DNA from: Phaeosaccion multiseriatum
Taxonomy: Eukaryota; Protista; Ochrophyta, other classes
Length of the DNA stretch: 64,000 nucleotides
Assembly: GCA_965112735.1 (NCBI GenBank)
Contig: OZ218962.1
Location: 2,666,001 to 2,730,000 of the forward strand
Direction: 5' to 3'
Below are positions 1-12,538 of this stretch, in pieces (positions within the stretch are counted from its first letter, which is position 1; every line of letters begins with the position of its first letter). The translations under genes were made by a program, and so were the position numbers. The notes beneath the pieces are model-generated. The model was given only the letters and a program-made list of their open reading frames with translations. It made no database searches and was not told the DNA's origin.

Positions 1-1032
1 GGCACTGCGGTGAAGTCTTCGAAAGGGTAGTGGGCGGCTTCTGCATCCCCCAGGGGGGCACGGACCGGACAAGGAATATCCGCCGGGCGGGCTTGTGCAC
101 GGCACAGCGGGGTGGGCAGCCAGGCGACAAGTCTGCGCCGGCAATAGCGCGCGGTGGGCCCGCCGACTCTTGGCCGTTGTCGTTCGGGCATCGAGGCCGG
201 GGAGAGCTGCAACAGCTCCAGCTTTAGCTAGCGCGTCTCGAGCGAGTACCTGCTGCGCCGATGACCCCTCGCCGCGTGGTCCCCCCTCTTTCCGACCTCG
301 CCTAGGGTTCTGCATCTATACCTCCAGACACCCGAGTGCCTCTGCCTGACGCGCCGTTGACCGTCGGCGTCTGCGATGCTTTTCGTGGCGCCGTCGAGGC
401 CGTCTGCGAGGAGAACAAATTCGACGACTACAGCTCGTGCACAGGGGGCTTCGACTGCAGCAACAGGGATCGCGTCTGTGTGGAGAGCTAAGTGTAGCAA
501 GGAGCTGAGAGAGAGGAACGCTGGCGAGCGAAGACCGGCCGGCCATAAAGTCAAAGAGTGAGACGATCGACGGAACAAACCCGTTTGGGCACGCCTCCAT
601 CTCTTACTTGAGAAGGCTCTATCTAGAATATAGCACCTCGGTCGAACGCCGTATAATGTACTTGTTGTTGCTTCTGGCTGCTGCTGCTCCGCTGGCAGTG
701 GTGGTGGGTTATCAGCCAGCACATCCCCACTGCTGGGTCTCTCCGTCGGTCCCTCCATCTCTCGCTCATGCTCTCACGCGAATCCTCTCACGCAAGAGTA
801 CAAAGGCCCAGCAAGAGGATTTAGAGCACCTTCCCACCTAGGAGTCCCTCCCGCAGCCGCCCCCGGTACGGCACCGACAGCAGGCGCACCCGTAAGTATA
901 AGACTGAAGCGCCTTGTTGGGCCTCCCAACTCGGAGCTGGATGCTATGTGTGGGTGCGTGCGTGTGTGAGGTTTATTTTCTCGCTTTCCCGCGCCGTCGC
1001 CCTTTTTTTTTCTCTGCCTTTTCAGTCTCCTT

Positions 1033-3505
1033 GAGGGAGGGAGGGAGGGAGGGAAGGAGGGAGGGAGGGAGGGAGGGAGGGAGGGAGGGAGGAAGGGAGG
1101 GAGGGAGGGAGGGAGGGAGGGAGGGAGGGCAGGGGGGGAGGGAGGGAGGGAGGGAGGGAGTGAGGGAGGGAGAGAGGGAGGGTGGGAGGGAGGGAGGGAG
1201 GGAGGGAGGGAGGGCGGGAGGGCGGGAGGGCGGGAGGGCGGGAGGGAGGGAGGGCGGGAGGGCGGGAGGGCGGGAGGGAGGGAGGGAGGGAGGGAGGGAG
1301 GGAGGGAGAGAGGGAGGGAGGGAGGCAGGCAGGGAAGGAGGGAGGGAGGGAGGGAGGGAGGGAGGCAGGGAGGCAGGGAGGGAGGGAGGGAGGGAGGGAG
1401 GGAGGGAGGGAGGCAGGCAGAGAGGGAGGGAGAGAGGGAGGGTGGGAGGCAGGCAGGCAGGCAGGCAGGGAGGGAGGGAGGGAGGGAGGAAGGGAGGGAG
1501 GAAGGGAAGGAGGGAGGGAGAGAGGGAGGGTGGGAGGCAGGGAGGGAGGGAGGCAGGCAGGGAGGGAGGGAGGGAGGGAGGGAGGGAGGGAGGGAGGCAG
1601 CCAGAGAGGGAGGGAGAGAGGGAGGGTGGGAGGCAGGCAGGCAGGCAGGGAGGGAGGGAGGGAGGGAGGGAGGGAGGGAGAAAGAGGGAGAGGGAGAGGG
1701 AGGGAGGGGGGGAGGGAGGGAGGGAGGGAGGGAGGGAGGGAGGGAGGGAAGGGAGGGAGGGAAGGGAGAGAGGGAGGGAGGCAGGCAGAGAGGGAGGGAG
1801 AGAGGGAGGGAGGGAGGGAGGGAGGGAGGGAGGGAGGGAGGGAGGGAGGGAGGGAGGGAGGGAGGAAGGGAGGGAGGGAGGGAGGGAGGGAGGGAGGGAG
1901 GGAGGGAGGGAGGGAGGGAGGGAGGGAGGGAGGGAGGGAGGGAGGGAGGGAGGGAGGGAGGGAGGGAGGGAGGGAGGGAGGGAGGGAGGGAGGGAGGGAG
2001 GGAGGGAGGGAGGGAGGGAGGGAGGGAGGGAGGGAGGGAGCGAGGGAGGGAGGGAGGGAGGGAGGGAGGGAGGGAGGGAGGGAGGGAGGGAGGGAGGGAG
2101 GGAGGGAGGGAGGGAGGGAGGGAGGGAGGGAGGGAGGGAGGGAGGGAAGGAGGGAGGGAGGGAGGGAGGGAGGGCGGGAGGGCGGGAGGGAGGGAGGGAG
2201 GGAGGGAGGGAGGGAGGGAGGGAGGGAGAGAGAGAGGGCGGGAGGCAGGCAGGGAAGGAGGGAGGGAGGGAGGGAGAGAGGGAGGGTGGGAGGCAGGCAG
2301 GGAAGGAGGGAGGGAGGGAGGGAGGGAGGGAGGGAGGCAGGCAGAGAGGGAGGGAGAGAGGGAGGGTGGGAGGCAGGCAGGCAGGCAGGCAGGCAGGGAG
2401 GGAGGGAGGGAGGGAGGGAGGGAGGGAGGAAGGGAAGGAGGGAGGGAGAGAGGGAGGGTGGGAGGCAGGGAGGGAGGGAGGCAGGCAGGGAGGGAGGGAG
2501 GGAGGGAGGGAGGGAGGGAGGCAGGCAGAGAGGGAGGGAGAGAGGGAGGGTGGGAGGCAGGCAGGCAGGCAGGGAGGGAGGGAGGGAGGGAGGGAGGGAG
2601 AAAGAGGGAGAGGGAGAGGGAGGGAGGGAGGGAGGGAGGCAGGCAGGGAGGGAGGGAAGGGAGGGAGGGAGGGAGGCAGGCAGAGAGGGAGGGAGAGAGG
2701 GAGGGTGGGAGGCAGGCAGGGAGGGAGGGAGGGAGGGAGGGACGAAGGGAGGGAGGGAGGAAGGGAGGGAGAGAGGGAGGGAGGGAGGGAGGGAGGGAGG
2801 GAGGGAGGAAGGGAGGGAGGGAGGGAGGGAGGGAGGGAGGGAGGGAGGGAGGCAGGCAGAGAGGGAGGGAGAGAGGGAGGGAGGGAGGGAGGGAGGGAGG
2901 GAGGGAGGGAGGGAGGGAGGGAGGGAGGGAGGGAGGGAGGGAGGGAGGGAGGGAGGGAGGGAGGGAGGGAGGGAGGGAGGGAGGGAGGGAGGGAGGGAGG
3001 GAGGGAGGGAGGGAGGGAGGGAGGGAGGGAGGGAGGGAGGGAGGGAGGGAGGGAGGGAGGGAGGGAGGGAGGGAGGGAGGAAGGGAGGGAGAGAGGGAGG
3101 GAGGGAGGGAGGGAGGGAGGGAGGCAGGCAGAGAGGGAGGGATAGAGGGAGGGTGGGAGGCAGGGAGGGAGGGAGGGAGGGTGGGAGGTAGGGAGGAGGG
3201 AGCGAGGGAGGGAGGGAGGGCAGAAGGGAGGGAGGGAGGGAGGGTGGGAGGGAGGGAGGGAGGGAGGGAGGGAGGGAGGGAGGGAGGGAGGGAGGGAGGG
3301 AGGGAGGGAGGCAGGCAGAGAGGGAGGGAGAGAGGGAGGGTGGGAGGCAGGGAGGGAGGGAGGGAGGGTGGGAGGCAGGGAGGAGGGAGTGAGCGAGGGA
3401 GGGAGGGAGGAAGGGAGGGAGGAAGGGAGGGAGGGAGGGAGGGAGGGAGGGAGGGAGGGAGGGAGGGAGGGAGGGAGGGAGGGAGGGAGGGAGGGAGGGA
3501 GGGAG
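1033..3505. repeat. ~2.5 kb (GGGA)n polypurine microsatellite with interspersed GGCA/GAGA variants
   Basis: Directly visible. It generates the spurious GREG/PSLP ORFs. A higher-order variant block (GGAGGCAGGCAGAGAGGGAGGGAGAGAGGGAGGGTGGGAGGCAGG) recurs many times. Confidence 0.98.
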
Positions 3506-3669
3506 TCGACCCTGGAAAAGATCATCCTCTGATTCTGTCAGAATTCTGATTACGGCCGGCGCAGAGGGTGGCTGGGGGGCTGATTACTGATTACGGCCGA
3601 ATTCTGTCTCTAGGCAAGGCCTAGTGCTAGGCTTCTAGGCCAGTCTGGCTGGAGCCGACATGAAGAAAA

Positions 3670-3851
3670 TCGACCCCTGACACGCTATCGCCCACTTTCT
3701 CGATAGCGCGCCGGCTGGCGCCGGCGAGGCCGATAGCGGATAGCGGATCGGCTGGCGCCGGCGACAGCGGATAGCTAGCACGCCCCCCCCCCCCCAAAGC
3801 CGGCTGGCGCCGGCGATAGCGGATAGCGGATACTAGCGTGTCAGGGGTCGA
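3670..3851. mobile_element. MITE-like non-autonomous element, 182 bp, 18-bp perfect TIRs, 7-bp target-site duplication
   Basis: TCGACCCCTGACACGCTA (3670-3687) and its reverse complement (3834-3851). Flanked on both sides by AAGAAAA (3663-3669, 3852-3858). Internal GATAGCG and GCCGGCTGGCGCCGGC sub-repeats. Related copies at 20916-21318. Confidence 0.85.
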
Positions 3852-4149
3852 AAGAAAAGGTGTATGTCGAATGATGAGCGCCCTGTGTGACACACCTCTG
3901 CCATCTCCCTCTCACCACGAATTGCTTCCAAATTCGCCTGAAATTTCGGATTTGTCGCTTCCCGCTTCCGTTTCACGGATCCGACGGCGGCTCCTCCACT
4001 CCCCAATCCTAACTTGCCTCCCACCACACCATTGTGCCTCACCTGACCATTGTATCGATGTGTTGAATGGGTGGTACACAGTGAATAAGAAGCGATATTT
4101 TAGCACTTTGGGCTTGTATCCTACTTGAACGCGGAGGCGAGCTTTTGCA

Positions 4150-7100
4150 ATGGCAATGCCGTGTGCAATGGCTGCGTGGCTCTTTCTGTCATTGGTGCTG
4201 GTGCTGGTGCTGTTACCGCATCCGACCTCAGCAGTACCTCAGCCCGAGGTTTTGGACCCATCAGTCCAGGTGAGTCTAAGCAGCAGCGTACCCTCTCTCT
4301 ACCTCTCTACAATCTAGTTGCTCGAGCTGGTTGATGATGAGGATGGTGGCGGCAAGTCTTGTCCCGCCGGTGTGCGGAAGGCATCAAGGGCCTCCGCTAA
4401 CTCTAGGGCAACTGAGGATAGCAGCGCGCGTGAGCGACCTGCTGGTAGACTGTGGTGGGCGGTTAGTCTAGAGCAGCAGCATGCGCTGTGCAGCAAGCCA
4501 CCACTCTCTATTTTTCTTGCCTGCCCTGCCGTGCGTTAGGATTAGCGTGGAAACTCTTCCGCGACGGGAGGACGGGGTATCCGCGCCTCTGGATCAAGTG
4601 ACAGCGCGCGAAGACTGTGGTGGGGGGGTAGCTAGGCAAAAGCAGCAGCATGCAATATGCAAGCCGCATCTCTCTCTTCAACTTCCGCTGGTCGGTTGAA
4701 GAGTGGGGTGGCGGAGGAAACTCTTCAACTCTTCTATAACCCGGCATCCAAGGAACATTGGAGCAAGCGACGGCCAGCTTGGGCGACCTGGCTGTTGTTG
4801 GACTATGGTGGGCGGTTAGTCTAGAGCAGCAACATGCACTGTGCCGCAGAAGCTGTGCAGCAAGCCTCCTCTCCCTTTCTCCTTGAACAACGGAGGAGGA
4901 CATTCTTCTGCCACAGCAGTTGGAGGGCATCCACGGAAGTTTTGGAGCAAGTCGACGATAGCAGCGCGTATGAGCGAGACTGTGGTGGACAGCTAGCGCA
5001 GAAGTACTAGTGGTCACGACGCTTAACCGCAGCGTTCATTGGATTTTTGGCGTGGCTTGAACAACATCTTCTCTTGACTTGAGACGGCGCATTTCTCGCA
5101 GCCTTTCTTGCTTCCTTCTCCCCCCTTCTTCCTCACGCCTCCTTCCCTCCACGACCACCCTTTACCGTGCAGCTGGAACTGCATGCAACGATGGAGGATC
5201 ACATAGGCAACGTCAAGACCCTCTTCTTCCCTCGCTCAACCGACTACACGTAAGTGGGTATGGGGCGTCCCCCTCCCCTTTCTTCTAGAGGAGGAGGAAG
5301 AGAAGGAGGGGGCTCTTCTGCCCGGTGGTACCTGCTGCTCATCTCGAATCCCGCACATATTGACCGCGCCACCCCCCCCTCCTACCGCTCTCCTCCCACC
5401 CTCTCCCTCCTCCCGCTCTCCTCCTCCCGCTCTCCTCCCACAACACGTGATCTACGACGCCGTAGCGGGAGCGCTATTCTCGTGGTGTATCGAGGAGGAG
5501 TGCTCCGCATGTACCCGGACATCGACTCTCTGCCGCAGTTCCCTGGGGACAACCCCCCGGGCAACCAAATCCTTCTGGACCTTTCGGTGAGCAGCGAGCG
5601 TCAGAGGCAGCAACTCCGCCGCAAAAGTACTTCCATTTGTCTCTCTGCCTCAAACGTTCCTTATCGTAGGTGTTGGAGCAGAATTGTTCCTGACCTCCCC
5701 GACTGGTGATTCTCTTCTCTCTGCACTTCTCTTCCCCTTACCCCCCGCTCCGCCCTCCCTCTGTCTCTGTGTACTCGCTCCACACAGGACGACACGTACT
5801 CCCTCTTCGATTTCAGTGATCACGGCATGACCTCGGCTGCCATTCACCCCAACTGGCCGGAGACGCCCTATGTCTACGCCTGGTATGTCGCCAAGGTAAG
5901 GAGGACAATCAATCGCGGACATCGAGGGGAATACACGCTCCAAGAGACGGCAATGATCCGGCCGGTTTCGAGCCACTTCGTCCTCCCTTGCCTAAATCCA
6001 TCCCCATGTGACTGCACACCCCTGCCCGATTTTTACGTGCTTTATCGTGTTCACAACGCTCTCAGCAACCCGGACTGCCCTCGTGGTGGGGACGAGCGAA
6101 TCAGGGGCAGCGGGACACGTATGACACCTTCGACCGCTGTCCCAACATCCCGGTACGTGCTTCGCCTGCCACCCCTTGCCCTTTCTCTCACGCGCAAAAG
6201 GCGTGTGCACTCGTCTCCAACAGTCTCCCTCACCCTTTGCTCCCACCCCCGCCCTCCTTCTCATCATCATTAATCTCAACCTCATCGACAGGACTTCTTC
6301 AACGAGTTTGACTGCAGAAAGAGAAGCAAGCTCGTACGCGTTCGCATTGAGTACGATCAAGCGACCGACACCTTCAGCAACCCCAACGGAGTAGGCGAGG
6401 TGGATCAGCTGCTGCTGGAAGGCTTCTGCAGCGAGTCTAATACCCATGGGACCGGCGACCTGTTGTTCTTGGACGACGGCAACCTCTTGTTCACCCACGG
6501 CGACACCGGCAAGGCGGAGGCGAACGACCCCGGCGTGCTCAGCACCGGACAGCTCGGCGAATGCTCCTTGGTGCGTCCCGGACACCCAGGGGGGGAGAGC
6601 CCTTTCTGTCTCTCCGCCTATCCTCCCTCCTTCTCTCGTGCAGTTCCCCGGCCCTCATGGTCTGATTCCCTTCTGCCTCCTTTGCTCTGCAGGGACCCAA
6701 TGCCGACATTCCGATGCCCAAAGGCGCGTTCCTCTCTCAACAGCCGGTGAGTGAATGACTTGCACACTGTCATATGTCGTCACTTTTGCTGGGTTGCGCT
6801 CACACCATACACACGAACACCTTCTCCCTCCTTTGCCCCCATCGTTGCCCCTGACCTCTTCCTCTGTACCTTCCGCCCTGTCACAGCTGTCGCTGGCGGG
6901 CAAGATGTGGGCCATCCCCCCCCAATCGCAAACACGAAATCGCGTCCTGGGTATGGACGACCTCGAGCAAGTCGCCTGGGGCTTCCGCAACCCCTTCCGC
7001 TTCACTCCGGGACCCGACAACAACATCTTCCTCTCCGATGTTGGCTTCGGAACTGCGGAAGAGGTGAACGAGTTGGTCAACCCCAGCGGTTCTGCCTACG

Positions 7101-8798
7101 ACACCGTCGCCAACTACGGATGGCCGTGTCTCGAAGGCTCTACCCATGAGGAGCAGGCGCGAAAGGACTACCTGGAAGCGGTGAGTGGACAGGAAGGTAG
7201 GGCAGAGAGCCAATGAAGAGGGCTTCTCTCCTCTTCATCGTACAGGGTCTCAGAGCTCTCTCCGGCGGTGGTTCGCTAACCCTCAAGCCCCTTCTTTGCT
7301 TCTTCGTTGCCTCTCCACCTCTGTCCCCTCTCGCTCCTCCCTCCGTTGACGTTGGTGCTGCAGTTGGACTTTGACATTTGTGACGCCATCTACGACGACC
7401 CCACCGCATCCATCAGGCCCCGATACGAGTACAGGGGCGGTGTGATGGACCCCCAGCACCCTACGCTGTGCACCGAGGGCAGAGCCTCCATCTCCGCCGT
7501 TTACCACACGCAAGACCAGGCCACCGCACTGCCCGCCAAGTTCCAGAACAAGCTCTTCTTCTCCGACCAGGTAGGCAATACGCCAAGGAGAGAAAGTGCA
7601 AGAGAGAGAGAGAGAGCTGGAGGGGGGTCCTGTGTACGAGGGGGCGAGACTAGGATCACAGCATGTAGTTGCAGTGGGAGAGAGCCCTGACTCAACTCCC
7701 GCTCTAGGCGGATGCGCTGTGCTACGCTGCTAAGCTCCTTGCCTTCTCCCCTCCTTAAATGCTCAGACCAAGCACTGCACCTTCTACTTCGACAACAACG
7801 CCGACGGGTCCATCGACTTCTCCGCCCCTCGGATCTTGTCAGGCAACATTGGAGGAACGCAAATCTTCACCGATCCCTACACAGGCGTAAGTCGATGAGT
7901 CTGAAGGAGGGCACATAGGAATCACAGGGCGGAGAGCTCTGTATGGGCGATGCTTCCACTTCTGCCCTCCCCGTGCCTCACTCGCACCCCCCCCCATCAC
8001 TGCTGCTCTCTTCGACATTGTGGAATCCTATGGGCAGATTATGTACCTCCAAGACTACCTGTACAGCAGAATGTTCAAGCTCACTGCTTCCGGAGCCCCC
8101 ACGCCGGCTCCCGTCGCTCCGGCTCCCACCCCTCCTCCGACCGTGGTCAGCAACTTGGGCGTGTGCGAGAGATGGGACAGCACGCCGGTGGCGCAGTGCC
8201 CCGGGGAGGGAGGCGACCCCACGTGTGTGTACTGCAAGAGAGCGACGGACATGTGCTCCGCGGACAGCGGGGTGAGTTGATGCATATGTACGGTCTCGCT
8301 CTGTCTCTCCCTCTCTCCACAGACAGCACTGATGTCTCCCATTCGATTGCCTCGTCGCACACAGGAGGTGGAGTGGACGAGACAAGGCGGCGAGTTCCGC
8401 GGTACCGTTCGCTTCGTTGAGACGTCCTTCTTCGACTCCGAGACTGAGACGCTCGTCAACACGAGGACCTTCGACGGCGTCATCCCGGGACCCACCATGC
8501 GCATGCAGGTAGGCAAGAGAGCCTCGAATGGTCTCTTCTCGGCGTCTCTCCGTCTGCCTACCGCCTGCCCCCCCTTTGCTGATGTGCCACTCCCGTCCGT
8601 GCTTGACCCTGCCCAGGCATGCAACACGTACCGACTGACGGTGGTGAACGAGCTTTCCCCGGGTGACAACCCCGGAGGCCCAACCAACGCCTTCAAGGAC
8701 CCCAAGACCATGAACATCCACACGCACGGCTTACACATCAGTGGAGTGGTGAGTCACGACATGGTCGTTTGTTTGCCTCCCGCTTGTCGGTCCATGTT

Positions 8799-8875
<77 letters not shown>

Positions 8876-8927
8876 ATGTCTGTCTGTCTGTCTGTCTGTC
8901 TTGTCTGTCTGTCTGTCTGTATGTCTT

Positions 8928-8962
<35 letters not shown>

Positions 8963-11900
8963 GCGTTCTGCATGCATGTCTGCCTGCCTCACAGTCGCAC
9001 CATCTGACTGATCATATCGGATCTGATGTGTGTCCCACAGGCTCCTGCTGACTACCCTGGGTCCGAGATTGGCCCCGGGGAGACGTACCAGTACTTGTAC
9101 AGGGTTCCGTGCGACCACTCGGGCGGCACCTTCTGGTACCACACGCACCACCACGGCTCGGTGTCTCTAACGACGGGGGCAGGAGCTGCGGCGCCGCTCA
9201 TCGTGGAGGACAACGCCAACGTCGAGGGCAACGGCATGCCTGCGGCGTACGGCAACATGCAGGAGCACGTCATCATGATGCAGGAGTTTAAGCCGGACGA
9301 GACCAACGACGTGGCTCTCGCGTCCGCGGACAAGATCTGGTATGCTTCAACCACGGACGACTTCTACCTCGTCAACGGCTGCCTCGCCCAACCGGGAGGA
9401 GGCGGTGCCGCCCCGCAGTCCATCTCGGCCATTGCGGGCCGCTGGACCAAACTGCGCTTGCTCTACGCAGGGCACGAGGAGAACGCGCTGGTGGCCATCA
9501 AGGGCGGCGACTGCGAAGTGTCTGTGCTGGCCAAGGATGGCGTGTACCTGTCGAGCCTGCCCAGGATGCTGCCCAAGACTGCGGGGGAGACGCTGCTGTT
9601 CTTCACCCCGTCGAGTCGGGTGGACGTGGCGGTGTCGTGCTCGGCGGGGACGTACGAGGTCGTGCTCAAGCCCGCCACCAAGGACGTGGAGGTGAAGGTG
9701 GCCACTCTGACCGTCACGGGCAGCGGAGGAGCGGGTACTCTGCCCCAATGGCAGCCTTGCCGCGCCCCCTACCTTCAGGATCTGACCACACGGGATGTCG
9801 ATGAGACGTATCTGATGTCCGTTCGTGAGGACATCAACGGTGAGCTGTTTGACGGGTACGCCAACCCTCTGCGCAGCTGGGAGGCCGACGAAGTCTACGA
9901 GCTCATCATCCAAGGCTCCACGGGGCACCCTTTCCACGGGCACGTCAACCACTTCCAGGTCAGTCGAGCCACGGAGGAGGGTGGTGAAGGAAGGAGGATG
10001 AGTCTTGACTGGTATAACCTCGCCTCACTCCACCACGCTTTGCTTGTCTGCTTCCCCTTCTGCCTCACTCTGCAGGTGGTGGATGTGGACACGCCTGTGC
10101 TAGCCCTGCAGGACTGGCACCAGCCCGGAGACTGGTGAGTGGAGAGCCCTGTACTTGCAGAGACTGTGTGGCTCGTGCGTGCTGCCGTCGTGCTCTACCC
10201 CTACTCACACAATCCACTCACCTTCGCCCGTCCCAACGACGCGCTGCCTCTCAGGATTGACACCATCGCTGCTGACGGCGGCGGTGTCGTCCGTCAGTCA
10301 CCTCACGACTTCAGAGGCACGGTGCTCTACCACTGCCACGTGCTGACTCACTCGGACAACGGCATCATGGCCGTCACCAACGTGGTGGGCGGCATAGGGC
10401 CCCGCACTGCCCTGAACGAGGACTACAGCCAGGTACAGTTTGGTATGGTTGTCACAGACACGACCGCAGTATGTTCTCTCTGCCAAGGCGCTGGCCCCAC
10501 TCTCTGGCCCTAGCGTCATTCTCACACCGAAGGTTTCCAACACTGCATTCCCTCCTCCCTCCCTGCGTTGCTTGCCCAACCTCGTGGCGATGGGTTGGAT
10601 TTGCAGGTGGTTTGCCCGGGGCAGGCACCAGCCCCCACTCCTCCACCGACCCCTCAACCGGCAGCTCCGCCAACCGCTGGTCCTACGACACCGCCAACCT
10701 CACCGCCAACCTCACCGCCAACCGCCCCTCCTACACCTCAACCAACCGCTACGCCAACGGCCCCTCCGACCTCGCCCACTCCGACACCTCCCACTCCCAC
10801 ACCTCCCTCGCCCACTCCGACCCCTCCCACACCGCCTGCCGGCGATGCCTGTGCGGCGAGGTGCAGTGCGGCGGAGCCCTGCTACACCGAGCCAAGGTGT
10901 ACCAACGGAGGAGGAATCAGCCTCGGCTGTGGCGCTCTGGGGGAATCAAATTGCAGGTGAAGGCCTGACTACATGGGCAGTTGTGAAGGGCTTGGTGGTG
11001 GATGGTGTAGCTGGTGGACACGGCTTCCTAAGCTTATGGTAGTAGGTGTCATGTGACGTCGTAAGGAGCCAACTTTACACTTCGCCCTCGCGCCCCTCCC
11101 CCCCTCCCCCACCTCTGTCCCACCACCTTGCAAACGTGCATTTAAACAGATTCTGCGGCTTCGGCGGCTTCTCCTCCATCACATGCGGGACGGCAACAGG
11201 ACCAACTCCGACCCCTCCCACTCCCACCCCTCCCACTCCCACCCCTCCCACTCCCACCCCTCCCACTCCCACCCCTCCCACTCCTACCCCTCCCACTCCC
11301 ACCCCTCCCACTCCCACCCCTCCCACCCCCACACCCCCCTCGCCCACTCCGACCCCTCCCACACCGCCTGCCGGCGATGCCTGTGCCGCGAGGTGCAGTA
11401 CGATGGAGCCCTGCTACACCGAGCCAAGGTGTACCAATGGAGGAGGAATCAGCCTCGGCTGTGGCGCTCTGGGGGAATCAAATTGCAGGTGAAGGCCTGA
11501 CTACATGGGCAGTTGGTGAAGGGCTTGGTGGTGGATGGCGTAGCTGGCTGGTAGACACGGCTTTCTACGCGTATGGTACTAGGTGTCATGTGACGTCGCA
11601 AGGAGCCAACCTTACACTTGGCCCTCGCGCCTCCCATCCCTCTCCTATCCTCCATCTCGACACTCTGCCTTCCCTGACTCAAACAGATTCTGCGGCTTCG
11701 GTGGATTCTCCGCCATCACATGCGGGACGGCAACAGGACCAACTCCGACCCCTCCCACTCCCACCCCTCCCACTCCGACCCCTCCCACGCCCACCCCTCC
11801 CACTCCCACCCCTCCCACTCCCACACCTCCCTCGCCCACTCCGACCCCTCCCACACCGCCTGCCGGCGATGCCTGTGCGGCGAGGTGCAGTACGATGGAG

Positions 11901-12493
11901 CCCTGCTACACCGAGCCAAGGTGTACCAACGGAGGAGGAATCAGCCTCGGCTGTGGCGCTCTGGGGGAATCAAATTGCAGGTGAAGGCCTGACTACATGG
12001 GCAGTTGTGAAGGGCTTGGTGGTGGATGGTGTAGCTGGTGGACACCGCTTCCTAAGCTTATGGTACTAGGTGTCATGTGACGTCGTAAGGAGCCAACTTT
12101 ACACTTCGCCCTCGCGCCCCTCCCCCGCTCCCCCACCTCTGTCCCACCACCTTGCAAACCTGCATTTATTTTTTTTAAACAGATTCTGCGGCTTCGGCGG
12201 ATTCTCCGCCATTCCATGCGGCCCGGCATCACGACCCCCCAGTCCGACCCCTCCCGTGATAACGCCTCCCACTTCTCCCTCTCCACCGCCTCCCACGCCT
12301 CCCTCGCCTCCCTCGCCTCCCTCGCCTTCCACGGACGACCCCTGTGCTATATTGTGTGGTACCACTGAGCCCTGCTACACCGAGCCAAGGTGCACCAATG
12401 GAGGAGGGGTCAGCTTGGGATGCTCCGCCCTCAGCGAGCCCAACTGCAGGTGGGAGCCGATTGACTGACCGCTCGACTGACCGTTTTGCACGA

Positions 12494-12538
<45 letters not shown>

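Noticed and set aside
656-891. Possible signal-peptide exon MYLLLLLLAAAAPLAVVVG followed by a GTAAGT donor
   Set aside because: In-frame TAG at 839-841 and no downstream exon found. It could be a relic, but I cannot support a call.
914-3549. Long ORFs of 743, 850, 669 and 363 aa (GREG/PSLP repeats)
   Set aside because: These are translations of a stop-free tetranucleotide repeat that is open in most frames.
8227-8241. Haem-c binding site in the inter-domain linker
   Set aside because: The motif is CVYCK, not CxxCH.
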